From assembly GCA_031253985.1 (NCBI GenBank), contig JAIRVH010000206.1:40079-104078 (forward strand): a DNA stretch of 64,000 nt. The letters are read 5' to 3'. This document shows, one piece after another, positions 10,081 to 19,066 of the stretch (within the stretch, counting starts at the first letter, position 1; every line of letters begins with the position of its first letter). The DNA comes from Sphingobacterium sp. (GTDB lineage: Bacteria; Bacteroidota; Bacteroidia; Sphingobacteriales; Sphingobacteriaceae). The notes under the pieces were generated by a model. It saw only the letters and a list, made by a program, of their open reading frames with translations, was not told where the DNA came from and ran no database searches. The translations under genes and the position numbers were made by a program.

Positions 10081-10509
10081 CTAGTCCACATGGAACACCT
10101 CGGCCATAGCCGACCATATCTCTCCTTTTTCCTGAGCGTCTGGCAAGGGCTGCTGACAAGGATCGGTCTCTTTCCACCAACGCTGTGTTTCCGGATCGGA
10201 CGCCATCTTTTGCATATCAAGCTTGAAATTTTGTCCTGCATATTCAAAATAGCTGAAAAGAAAAAATTGACCATCTATCTCCTTTAAAAAAATAGAATAA
10301 TTGCGGATATGACATGCTTTGATTTTTCGAAGGACTGTGGGCCAAACTTTGGCATGAAGCTTTTTATAATAAGCTACCTTTTCTGCCTTTAATCCTGTTA
10401 TGGATGCATAGCGAGTCACAGAGCGACTGCTTTCTGCAGACCGGAAGGCTGTCATACAGAGTACGACCAAAACGATTACAAGGTTATAAGGATATAATTT
10501 AGGATACAT
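10081..10509 (-). CDS. L-rhamnose mutarotase (RhaM/DUF718) family protein, possibly exported
   Basis: The core KKLHAKVWPTVLRKIKACHIRNYSIF...FSYFEYAGQNFKLDMQKMASDPETQRWW matches RhaM-type mutarotases. A 30-aa hydrophobic N-terminal extension is present. An alternative GTG start at 10419 would give a 112-aa cytoplasmic form. Confidence 0.7.
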   Translation of the reverse strand: MYPKLYPYNLVIVLVVLCMTAFRSAESSRSVTRYASITGLKAEKVAYYKKLHAKVWPTVLRKIKACHIRNYSIFLKEIDGQFFLFSYFEYAGQNFKLDMQKMASDPETQRWWKETDPCQQPLPDAQEKGEIWSAMAEVFHVD

Positions 10510-10669
10510 AAGTGCTGTGTTATTTTATACTAAATTACACGCATCGCAGTACCGTGACTACTGCTAGATTGCCCATTTCTCCCACTATATTAACAGCTTT
10601 ACGTATATTTCTTTATTTTTAAGTCAAAATAAGCTATATTGCTTACTCTTAATTAAAATAACCAAGCGC

Positions 10670-11548
10670 ATGAAACCTGTTTTTGCAAAAATTCTGGAGG
10701 GTGCAGAAATTACGACATTTGCGACCAAAGATGTACAACGCCCTTTCTTCTCAACGGAGTTCCACTTTCATAGCGCCTGTCAGATGACTTATATTGTAGA
10801 AAGTGAAGGAAAACGAATTATAGGCGATAATATCAGCAATTTTGCTTCCGATGAATTGACGTTTGTGGGACCGGACCTTCCACATGTATGGCATAATAAC
10901 AACACGGACTGTTCAGACACTGAATTGGCGGAAACAAAGGTATCACGTTCCCTGGCACTGTATATAGAGCCTAAATTAATGAGTAAATTATTGGGGCAGT
11001 TTTTTCAGACAAACAAAATCGAAGCTTTCTTTCTCACATCCAAGAGAGGCCTCCTGTTTCGCGGTGCTACAAAGGAACAGTTGAAACAAAAGTTAAAAGA
11101 GATTGTAAAACTGGACTATGGTTTTAAAAAAACTATTCTACTATTAGAGATTATGGAGTTAATGCTATCCTCGGCGGAGTTTGATTACCTTTCCAGTGCC
11201 GGATACACCCACAACTATAGTCCTGTTGACAATAGTAAAATTGACCGCATCTTTAAATTTGTATTTAATAACTATACAGGCGAAATTCAATTAGATCAAG
11301 TTGCCCGGCTTTCTAATATGTCGAAACATTCCTTTTGTCGTTATTTCAAATCACGTACGCAAAAAACGTTTGTCCAATTTGTCAATGAGGTTCGCGTCAG
11401 CGAATCTTGCCGCTTGATTGTGGAAAACAAGCATCAGATCACCCAAATCGCTTACGCCTGTGGCTTCAACAGTCTTTCGAACTTCAATAAAATTTTCAAA
11501 TCGATCAAAGGAGTAACGCCGACTCAATACAAATCACAGATAAGGTAG
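10670..11548 (+). CDS. AraC-family transcriptional regulator (cupin sensor + HTH), divergent from the fucose cluster
   Basis: 292 aa. C-terminal AraC HTH (SKHSFCRYFKSRTQKTF...GFNSLSNFNKIFKSIKGVTPTQYK). Confidence 0.85.
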   Translation: MKPVFAKILEGAEITTFATKDVQRPFFSTEFHFHSACQMTYIVESEGKRIIGDNISNFASDELTFVGPDLPHVWHNNNTDCSDTELAETKVSRSLALYIEPKLMSKLLGQFFQTNKIEAFFLTSKRGLLFRGATKEQLKQKLKEIVKLDYGFKKTILLLEIMELMLSSAEFDYLSSAGYTHNYSPVDNSKIDRIFKFVFNNYTGEIQLDQVARLSNMSKHSFCRYFKSRTQKTFVQFVNEVRVSESCRLIVENKHQITQIAYACGFNSLSNFNKIFKSIKGVTPTQYKSQIR

Positions 11549-11681
11549 CCCTGCAAAAATGTATGCTATTCTACCGCTAATGCGAAAAAATATAAAAAAT
11601 AGAAAAACATTTCAAACGATAAATAATTTGTGAAAACAAATTTGCCAGTAGTTGGGTCTCTATAGAAATTAAAGTTTAGCT

Positions 11682-12176
11682 ATGAAAAAGAAGAAAAACT
11701 TATTTGAACGATTTTCGGACTGGGCGACCCGCGCAACTGGCAGTTCTGCGGCATTTATTATTGCCACTTCCACAGTTATTATCTGGGCGGTTAGCGGTCC
11801 CCTATTTAATTACTCCGAAACCTGGCAATTGGTGATCAACACCGGAACTACCATTGTTACCTTTTTAATGGTATTTCTTATTCAAAAATCGCAAAATAAG
11901 GATTCAAAAGCAGTTCATTTAAAACTCAATGAACTAATTGCTTCACATAAAGGAACGAGCAACAGGATGGTTAGTCTGGAAGACTTAAGTGAGGAAGAAT
12001 TGGATCAGTTGGCCAAATTTTATGCACACATTGCTAAATTAGCTCTTCAGGAAAGTGATATCACCTGTACCCATTCTATTGATGCAGCAGAGGAAAATCA
12101 CGATTTTAAAATGATAGCCCGAAAAGAAAAGAAGGATCGTTTAGATGATGAGGAAAGTACAAACAACGACCATTAA
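11682..12176 (+). CDS. low-affinity iron permease family protein
   Basis: 164 aa. FERFSDWATRATGSSAAFIIA...WQLVINTGTTIVTFLMVFLIQKSQNKDSKAVHLKLNELI is the typical core of this family. Confidence 0.7.
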   Translation: MKKKKNLFERFSDWATRATGSSAAFIIATSTVIIWAVSGPLFNYSETWQLVINTGTTIVTFLMVFLIQKSQNKDSKAVHLKLNELIASHKGTSNRMVSLEDLSEEELDQLAKFYAHIAKLALQESDITCTHSIDAAEENHDFKMIARKEKKDRLDDEESTNNDH

Positions 12177-12350
12177 AACAGCTTAAACGGAAAGGCATGG
12201 AGAACATTTGAAAAATATATAACGCACTTACACAGTTAACGGTAATAAGCGGGGTTCTTAGCCATCGTGCACAGGCCGGTCCCGAAAATCTTCCGAATGA
12301 TATTCTAGAGGAGTATGAAGAAGAGTTTCCACAAAACACACCGGTCTTTC

Positions 12351-13007
12351 CTATATCAACAACTTTTTCTGGAAACCAAAACGCACGAGTCCAGCAGTGT
12401 TCTTCGACCCTGTTTTTTCAATCAATTGCTGCCGATGCCCCTCAACGGTTCTTTTACTTAAATAGATTCGATCAGCTATCTCAGCATTTGTATGACCCTC
12501 CGCGATCAATTCCAATACGGACAGCTCACGTTCAGAAATATCGTATATCTTCATTAATGCTGCACGGTCAACATCAAGGTGAGCATATTTTGGTAAATTT
12601 TTTATTAGTTCAATACTCAATGCGGCACTGACATACTGTTGCCCCCTGATTATCTGCTGAATTCCGAATAGAATCTCTTCTACATTGGAATCTTTCGACA
12701 AATAGCCATCCGCTCCGAGGTTCAAAACCTCCTGAACGATTTGAAAATTATCCTCCATCGACAAAACAACGATTTTTATGGTCGGATAGTCTCTTTTTAC
12801 TGCTTGAATAAATTGTATGCCATCCATCACTTCCATATGGATATCCGTTAAAATTATATCCGGTCGGGATGCTCCCTTAAGATAGTCCAGAGCCTTTTGC
12901 CCATTCTCCACTCCTGCAATTACAGTGATGTCTTCCTGGGCCTCTAATATTAATTGGAAACCGGATCGCACCAAATTATGGTCGTCTACCAAAAGCAACT
13001 GTTTCAT
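12351..13007 (-). CDS. NarL/LuxR-type two-component response regulator (orphan)
   Basis: 218 aa. Receiver (LLVDDH...DIILTDIHM) plus LuxR HTH (LSERELSVLELIAEGHTNAEIADRIYLSKRTVEGHR). Confidence 0.9.
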   Translation of the reverse strand: MKQLLLVDDHNLVRSGFQLILEAQEDITVIAGVENGQKALDYLKGASRPDIILTDIHMEVMDGIQFIQAVKRDYPTIKIVVLSMEDNFQIVQEVLNLGADGYLSKDSNVEEILFGIQQIIRGQQYVSAALSIELIKNLPKYAHLDVDRAALMKIYDISERELSVLELIAEGHTNAEIADRIYLSKRTVEGHRQQLIEKTGSKNTAGLVRFGFQKKLLI

Positions 13008-13118
13008 AGCGCACTGTTCTTTCTTTTAGTTTAGTTGAGAAATTGATTTTTGAACGAAACAGCTTTTAAACCCAAAATGTTTTAATAAAATGAATCTTCT
13101 TCAATTAACATGTATTCG

Positions 13119-13317
13119 TTACAAACTCATAGGCCAGATATCTTTCTGGCCCGCCTCTAAAATATCCTCATAAACCCATTGAATTGTCGTCAGTCCTTTA
13201 GTCATCCCCTAATCTATCGTTGTCAAGCGAATTTGTACGACACCTGCGTAGGCAACACGGTTTTCGATTAAATACGTAAAATATAAAGTCTCCAAACTCT
13301 TGCTTCTTGATCACTGT
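13119..13317 (-). pseudogene. decayed remnant of a histidine kinase ATPase domain (presumed former partner of the adjacent response regulator)
   Basis: My minus-strand translation reads TVIKKQEFGDFIFTYLIENRVAYAGVVQIRLTTID*GMTKGLTTIQWVYEDILEAGQKDIWPMSL*. It has an N-box-like segment, an in-frame stop, and the G1/G2 region is largely missing. No ORF of 60 aa or more exists here. Confidence 0.35.
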
Positions 13318-13345
13318 TCACTCTTAAACACAATAAAAAAAGTAT

Positions 13346-13530
13346 ATGCTTATAGCCAGTGTCGCCCTTGCAAAATTACAAAACGCAGATAGCAAACAAT
13401 ATGCACAGATGATCGCTGATGACCACACCGCTGCCGGAAATGAATTGGCGACATGCCCATTACACCTGATGCGCCATCTCCAGCCAGCGAAAGCAAGGCA
13501 CCCAAATTGAAATTAAAAAAAGATCATATT
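13346..13530 (+). pseudogene. truncated, frameshifted DUF4142-like fragment
   Basis: MLIASVALAKLQNADSKQYAQMIADDHTAAGNELAT, then a frame change to ...PITPDAPSPASESKAPKLKLKK. It resembles the middle of DUF4142 proteins, with no N- or C-terminal parts. Confidence 0.35.
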
Positions 13531-13560
13531 AATTGCATTCATTCATTATTCTTAATTAAC

Positions 13561-14052
13561 ATGGAACAGACTTTCGACTACGTACACGAACTTCTCAACA
13601 GACAAATGGCACTCCGTGCCAAGATTGAAGAAAGCCCTATTGCCGGCGAGGTTAGCCTAAGCTATGGACGAGATTTTTATCAGGAAGAAGTGCGGTCCAT
13701 CGGGTTAGCGATGATTCGGGACGGCTGGGATCTGGAGGGCGAACAGCTAATGCTCGATTATGTGCATGAACACTATCCGACACGGGTTGAGGATGAACTC
13801 AATTGGATCAATAAAATGATGCATTACCTCGTAGCGATTACAGATACCTTTATCGACAATATACAAGCAGAAGGCTATCGTTGGTTACAGGGAAATGTCG
13901 ATATGCCCAATGAATACGCCCTATTCTACCCGGTCCATGAAATGGATGAATTTGGAAAGTTATCCCATAAATTAGGGTTGAATACCTTGGTCGACCTGAA
14001 AAATCCGGATGAGTTAGAACAGTTGAAAGGCTGGATTTATTATCGTTCCTAG
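13561..14052 (+). CDS. hypothetical protein (163 aa from internal Met)
   Basis: The ORF-track entry 13453-14052 begins inside the DUF4142 remnant, so I prefer ATG 13561 (MEQTFDYVHELLNRQ...). No recognisable motifs. Confidence 0.5.
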   Translation: MEQTFDYVHELLNRQMALRAKIEESPIAGEVSLSYGRDFYQEEVRSIGLAMIRDGWDLEGEQLMLDYVHEHYPTRVEDELNWINKMMHYLVAITDTFIDNIQAEGYRWLQGNVDMPNEYALFYPVHEMDEFGKLSHKLGLNTLVDLKNPDELEQLKGWIYYRS

Positions 14053-14107
14053 GAAAGTAAATTTTATGATGCCGAAGCCGTTTTTGAATAAGTATGCAGG
14101 GCTTCGG

Positions 14108-14341
14108 CTAGTCATCCCCCTTACCCCGATCTAGATTATCCAATGGCACGCCTTCTTTTTTATCGCCTGGGCTATTTTCCACTGAATCTTTTCCACGGCT
14201 TCTATGGATGTTATCCAATGGAAGACCATTCTGGACCACTGCCGTATCCGTCTTGCTTTCAACTTCCCGACCGTTAGTCGCATTTCCGCAGGCTGTTAAA
14301 CCGCCAATGAATGTGGCGGCCAAATAAAAGTGTTTAATCAT
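14108..14341 (-). CDS. small lipoprotein with internal repeat
   Basis: 77 aa. Lipobox GLTAC, and a duplicated motif LPLDNIHRSRGKD / VPLDNLDRGKGDD. Confidence 0.5.
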   Translation of the reverse strand: MIKHFYLAATFIGGLTACGNATNGREVESKTDTAVVQNGLPLDNIHRSRGKDSVENSPGDKKEGVPLDNLDRGKGDD

Positions 14342-14407
14342 GAGTAATATTTTTATAAATTATTTGTCAATCTATGTATATCTGATCTTCAGTGTCGTCG
14401 ACGCAAC

Positions 14408-14893
14408 TTAAGCTCTCTCCTTCAATGTAAAACTTATTCTCCCATTTGGTTCCATCAACGCCATATCCACCTCATCAAGGTGTTTGCTATTTGTCTCCAA
14501 CCGCAGACTTGTCAATAAGTCAGTACGGCTTACGCCGAGGCGATCCATTTGATCCCATTGTATTTTACCATTTTTGTATAAAACTGCGGGCTTTCCCTTT
14601 ACCAAATTTCCTAGATAAGGGAGACGGGCTGATACCTGTGCTAAAACCTTATTTACAATAATCATCACGAAGCCAGCGAAAACCGTTGAAAGGAAAGGAG
14701 AAGCACCTACTATTCCTCTAGCCAACACTGCCCCGAGCATAATGATGATTACAAAATCCACTCCTGATTTTCGTCCAAGAATTCGGATACCTCCTAATCG
14801 GACGAGGAAAAGCGCGATTATAAACATGATCAGTGCGCGCGATCCCATCTGTATCATTGTGAGGTTTTCACCCGAGCCAAATAAACTATCCAT
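14408..14893 (-). CDS. DUF421 (YetF-like) membrane protein
   Basis: 161 aa. Two or three TM segments, then GKPAVLYKNGKIQWDQMDRLGVSRTDLLTSLRLE...ALMEPNGRISF, the typical DUF421 C-terminus. Confidence 0.7.
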   Translation of the reverse strand: MDSLFGSGENLTMIQMGSRALIMFIIALFLVRLGGIRILGRKSGVDFVIIIMLGAVLARGIVGASPFLSTVFAGFVMIIVNKVLAQVSARLPYLGNLVKGKPAVLYKNGKIQWDQMDRLGVSRTDLLTSLRLETNSKHLDEVDMALMEPNGRISFTLKERA

Positions 14894-15097
14894 GTCTACT
14901 TTGTTTATATTTACGAAAAACGGTTACTGCTTCTCAGTACCACGGTATTGGTTGCAGAACCTCTGTCAAATACATATCTTTTGCACCCATGTTCAAATTG
15001 GGTACTTTTACTTATTGCCCATGTGCATTATACGTTTTCATTAGCAGTCAACAAACTACTCTATTTGATTAGGTGTTTTTAACAAAAAGAAAACAAT

Positions 15098-15841
15098 ATG
15101 ATTCATTTAGATAATCCACCTGAAGATTGCCTTATTTTCTTTCAGGATACCCTTCGATTGCTTCAAGAAAGTGAGAGTCAATTTATGGTGGGCGGAGCAC
15201 TGGCGATGTTCCACTACACGGGCATAATAAGACCAACCAAAGATCTTGATATCTTTTGCAAAAGCAGTGAATATCCAAAGATACTTAAACACTTCGCGGC
15301 AAATGGATATCAGACAGAATTAACCGATGTGCGATGGTTAGCAAAGATCCACAAAGATCCATACTTCATTGATATAATTTTTGACAGTGTTAACCACAAT
15401 TGTACTGTTGAACAGGATTGGTTTGACAGGGGACCGGAAGGAACACTTTTTGATACAAATGTACGCTACATACCCGCGGAAGAACTTGTATGGTGTAAGC
15501 TTTATGTACAAAACAGAGAGCGATATGATAGTGCGGACATCAATCATATTTGGCTAAAACATGGAAAAAACCTTGATTGGAACCACTTATTAACACGAAT
15601 GGATCAACATTGGCATCTTTTGCTTGCTCAAATGCTCATCTTTCAATTTACCTATCCGCATGATTATCGCGAGATTATTCCAAAAGAACTCTTTGATGAA
15701 CTCATTAGTCGCGCCCAAGATCAGTATGAATTGCCCATATGCGTAGAAAAAATCTGTTTGGGGCCCCTCATCGACCAAACGCAATATGAGATAGATATCA
15801 AAGAATGGGGTTATAAATCATCTACTATTAAAACTGTTTGA
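15098..15841 (+). CDS. nucleotidyltransferase-fold protein (uncharacterised NTase family)
   Basis: 247 aa. GGALAM...TKDLDIF has the Pol-beta-type G[GS]...DxD signature. Confidence 0.6.
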   Translation: MIHLDNPPEDCLIFFQDTLRLLQESESQFMVGGALAMFHYTGIIRPTKDLDIFCKSSEYPKILKHFAANGYQTELTDVRWLAKIHKDPYFIDIIFDSVNHNCTVEQDWFDRGPEGTLFDTNVRYIPAEELVWCKLYVQNRERYDSADINHIWLKHGKNLDWNHLLTRMDQHWHLLLAQMLIFQFTYPHDYREIIPKELFDELISRAQDQYELPICVEKICLGPLIDQTQYEIDIKEWGYKSSTIKTV

Positions 15842-15842
15842 G

Positions 15843-16577
15843 ATGAATAAAAAGACAACAATAGCCGCACTGGGCGATATCCATATGAATGCAAATCAGC
15901 ATGGAAAATGGAAAACAAAGTTTGAAGAAATTTCTGAAAAGGCAAAAGTTCTGCTGCTATGTGGCGATTTAACCGATACGGGTGATGAAGAAGAAGCTGA
16001 ATTACTTGTCGCAGAACTTCAATCGATCAAAGTTCCAGTTATCGCCGTATTGGGAAATCATGATTATGAAAAAGGACGGCAGAAACAAATCCGCCAGATT
16101 TTAACCGATCATAAAATTACCGTATTGGATGGCGAAGCAATTATAGTAGAGGACATCGGTTTTGCAGGTGTGAAAGGCTTTGGTGGTGGATTCGATCGCT
16201 ATATGTTATCCATGTTTGGCGAAGATGCCATGAAAAGTTTTGTGCAGGAAGCTGTAAATGAATCTTTACTGCTGGACCGTGCCTTAGCACGGCTAGAGCA
16301 AGAACACGCGGACATCAAAAAAGTGGCATTGCTTCATTACGCACCCATTGCTGAAACAGTAGTGGGTGAACCCGAACAGATCTATCCTTTTTTGGGTTCT
16401 ACCCATTTAATGGAGCCGTTACAGCGGCGTAAAGTGAGTGCCGCCTTTCATGGGCATGCTCATGCGGGAAAATTCAAGGCCCTGTCCCCTGCCGGCATAC
16501 CGATTTATAATGTAGCGGTACCCGTACTCAGAGCACATCATGGAGATGACAAAGGCTTTGCCCTTATTGACATTTAA
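15843..16577 (+). CDS. metallophosphoesterase (calcineurin-like, CpdA/Rv0805-like layout)
   Basis: 244 aa. GDIH, GDLTD, GNHD and GHAH motifs. The start lies 1 nt after the NTase stop. Confidence 0.8.
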   Translation: MNKKTTIAALGDIHMNANQHGKWKTKFEEISEKAKVLLLCGDLTDTGDEEEAELLVAELQSIKVPVIAVLGNHDYEKGRQKQIRQILTDHKITVLDGEAIIVEDIGFAGVKGFGGGFDRYMLSMFGEDAMKSFVQEAVNESLLLDRALARLEQEHADIKKVALLHYAPIAETVVGEPEQIYPFLGSTHLMEPLQRRKVSAAFHGHAHAGKFKALSPAGIPIYNVAVPVLRAHHGDDKGFALIDI

Positions 16578-16659
16578 AACACGACCTCAGGTTTTTAGGC
16601 AGCAATTCACAGCTGTTGGTCCTGTTATCAGAAAATGAAATACAAATAAAATTTAGCAT

Positions 16660-17217
16660 ATGGAAAAACTAAAGAACAAACGGATTGCCATACTCGTCGC
16701 AGATGGTTTTGAAGAAATTGAATTGACCAGCCCAAAGGAAGCGCTGGAAAACGCAGGCGCGAAAACCGATATAATCTCGCCAGCTGAAGGAAAAGTACGT
16801 TCAAAGAGTGGCGACGAGTGGTCAAAGGATTATCCTGTCGATGTTGCACTTCAAGAGGCGGAAGAGAATCAATATGATGGATTGTTGCTCCCGGGAGGGG
16901 TTATAAATCCCGATAAATTGAGAACCAACAAAACGGCTATCGCTTTAATCAATGCTTTTTGGGAACGGGATAAACCCATTGCGGCAATCTGCCACGGTCC
17001 CCAGTTGCTGATCAATGCAGATCTGGTACGTGATAAAAAAATCACTTCGGTCGAAGCCATTCACATCGACCTGATTAATGCAGGAGCATTATGGGAAGAC
17101 AGTGAAGTTGTCGTTGACGATAAACTTATTACAAGTCGCACCCCGGAGGATCTGCCTGCTTTCAATAAAGCGATCATTAAAGCATTTGGAGATACCGAAA
17201 AAAAGAATAAAGCGTAA
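16660..17217 (+). CDS. DJ-1/PfpI-family protein (general-stress-protein-18-like)
   Basis: 185 aa. IAAICHGPQLL nucleophile-elbow motif. Confidence 0.85.
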   Translation: MEKLKNKRIAILVADGFEEIELTSPKEALENAGAKTDIISPAEGKVRSKSGDEWSKDYPVDVALQEAEENQYDGLLLPGGVINPDKLRTNKTAIALINAFWERDKPIAAICHGPQLLINADLVRDKKITSVEAIHIDLINAGALWEDSEVVVDDKLITSRTPEDLPAFNKAIIKAFGDTEKKNKA

Positions 17218-17302
17218 TATTAGCAAGCAATAACGTATTAAAACGGTCAACTTTTAGACCTTATATCATGTTCAGCTTATAATAACAAATAAATCAGATA
17301 TT

Positions 17303-17554
17303 ATGAATACAACAAAAAGCTCAAGCCATAGCACTGCAAAAGGTCAGTCTAGAGGCAACAACACAACAAAAGAGAAAAACTCAGGCAAGTCAGCTGAAAA
17401 AGGTGCGTCAGCAGCAAAAAGTTCTCCGAACGGCAGCGCTGAGAAAACAAAAGCTGAGCTATTGGAAATGGCAAAAAAAATGGAAATCACTGGACGTCAT
17501 GATATGACAAAGGATGAATTGATGAAGGCTATTGACAAACATGGCAAAAAGTAG
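17303..17554 (+). CDS. small hydrophilic protein with Rho-N/SAP-like C-terminal motif
   Basis: 83 aa. Low-complexity Ser/Lys-rich N-terminus, then KAELLEMAKKMEITGRHDMTKDELMKAI. Confidence 0.6.
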   Translation: MNTTKSSSHSTAKGQSRGNNTTKEKNSGKSAEKGASAAKSSPNGSAEKTKAELLEMAKKMEITGRHDMTKDELMKAIDKHGKK

Positions 17555-17585
17555 GAACTTCTTTTAGAAGTATGTTCTATTCATA

Positions 17586-17620
17586 AAAAGACCCGTACTA
17601 AACGGGTCTTTTTTATTTTT
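17586..17620. terminator. bidirectional rho-independent terminator between convergent small genes
   Basis: aaaagacccg-tactaaa-cgggtctttt flanked by A-run/T-run. Confidence 0.75.
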
Positions 17621-17816
17621 TCTTTTCCTTCGGTCTATCCGTCGGATCATTAGGCATGTCGTTCAGCTGATCTACCTGAGGGTCTACTCCAGCCTCAGCA
17701 TCACCATGATCTTTATGGTTTATATCCTTAAGTACTTCCCCATTTACACCAAGTTTAACTTTTTTCTTTTTTTCCATTTCTGTTCCGACCACGCGATTTT
17801 CGTTCTTAGTTGCCAT
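17613..17816 (-). CDS. small hydrophilic hypothetical protein
   Basis: 67 aa, charged, no TM segment. Its end abuts the shared terminator. Confidence 0.4.
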   Translation of the reverse strand: MATKNENRVVGTEMEKKKKVKLGVNGEVLKDINHKDHGDAEAGVDPQVDQLNDMPNDPTDRPKEKKK

Positions 17817-18150
17817 ATTTCTTTTGTTTATAGTTGTTTAATTCATGAAGAAACATCGTATAAAAACCAAACCTGACAAGGCCGTGCGTATTTTTTTTTG
17901 TTGATTTTCTAGATAAGTTTTTCCGATATCCTTCTAATTTACGCTTGTTAGTGACCTATATACCAATAGGAACAGGAGTAGATTGTAAAAAGTTTTTTAC
18001 CACTTGATTCCCCTAAAAATAAAAGTAATCGGGTACACTTTTATTTGACTATAATCATAGATAATTAAAAACCAAAAACGCTTTTGAATCGAGTGCTGTT
18101 CACTAACAGAGAGCATTCAATAATTAGGATATAAATAAATAATAACAGAT

Positions 18151-18366
18151 ATGAATAACCCAACAAAACTAATTGCAGCCTGTCTGGTTTGCTTTGCAGC
18201 ATACGGATGTAACGGCGCTAAGACAGATGATGAAAAATCCAAGGAGCTGATGCGCGACTCTGTTCCCAACGACACCACGACGATACAATACCGCGATACG
18301 ACATCTCCAGCATCTAGGGGGGAGATTCCGCCGACACCACAGCCTGATACATCCACAAAAAAATAA
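18151..18366 (+). CDS. small lipoprotein
   Basis: 71 aa. Lipobox AAYGC. Preferred over the overlapping antisense ORF 18117-18425. Confidence 0.5.
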   Translation: MNNPTKLIAACLVCFAAYGCNGAKTDDEKSKELMRDSVPNDTTTIQYRDTTSPASRGEIPPTPQPDTSTKK

Positions 18367-18461
18367 AACGAATATAAGATAGCTATTGTTCTTTGATTGA
18401 TAATAGCATAATTAGATAGTACCACCGTCGGGAGATGGCCGGGAAGTAGATTTATTGTAGA

Positions 18462-18497
18462 GAGCTAGACAATGTAAAAAATTGTCTAGCTTTTTTA
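18462..18497 (+). terminator. rho-independent terminator
   Basis: agctagacaat-gtaaaaa-attgtctagct followed by tttttat. Confidence 0.6.
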
Positions 18498-18505
18498 TGT
18501 TGCGC

Positions 18506-19066
18506 TTATTCGAAAGTCAGATTGATTTTTGAAAATCCCAATCCTTGCAAGAGCGGTTTAAAAACGGTCGTTGCATTGGCCTTGGTCTGCTGCAGAATAT
18601 CCGATTTTTTAACATCATCAGCAACAGCTTTTTCTGCTGCTTTGTAAGCCTCATCCACGAGCTCAGCTTCCCGCAGGAATGCCATCTTCGTATCGTATAC
18701 CTTAGATGCCTCATGATCAATCTTGATATAACAGATCTCCGGAGCAGGTAATTTTATGGAGACTGAATCCCCTATCACCTTAATGTTTTCCGGGCTAAGT
18801 TTGCTAAGGTTCACACAGCCGACAGCATCTGCCTTAACAATTAATAATACACTGGCATCTGGCAGGAACGTATTAACATTTTTATGTTCCACTACGTCGC
18901 TGTAACGGTATTTGACCAATTCCAGTTTTCCCATTGCCTCAATACGGTCTACCAGCAGTTGATGTTTACTTTCCACCGTGGGCCCACTGTTATATTTCTT
19001 ATACACAAACCAAGCTCCAACTGCCAAAATGGCTACGACAATTAAAAATTTTAAAAATTTTCCCAT
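18506..19066 (-). CDS. DUF4230-like membrane-anchored protein
   Basis: 186 aa. N-terminal TM segment, then GKLELVKYRYSDVVEHKN..., typical of DUF4230 (from memory). Confidence 0.55.
   Translation of the reverse strand: MGKFLKFLIVVAILAVGAWFVYKKYNSGPTVESKHQLLVDRIEAMGKLELVKYRYSDVVEHKNVNTFLPDASVLLIVKADAVGCVNLSKLSPENIKVIGDSVSIKLPAPEICYIKIDHEASKVYDTKMAFLREAELVDEAYKAAEKAVADDVKKSDILQQTKANATTVFKPLLQGLGFSKINLTFE

Noticed and set aside
18117-18425. 102-aa minus-strand ORF overlapping the small lipoprotein gene.
   Set aside because: The plus-strand 71-aa ORF has a proper lipobox and a downstream terminator. The minus-strand product has no features.
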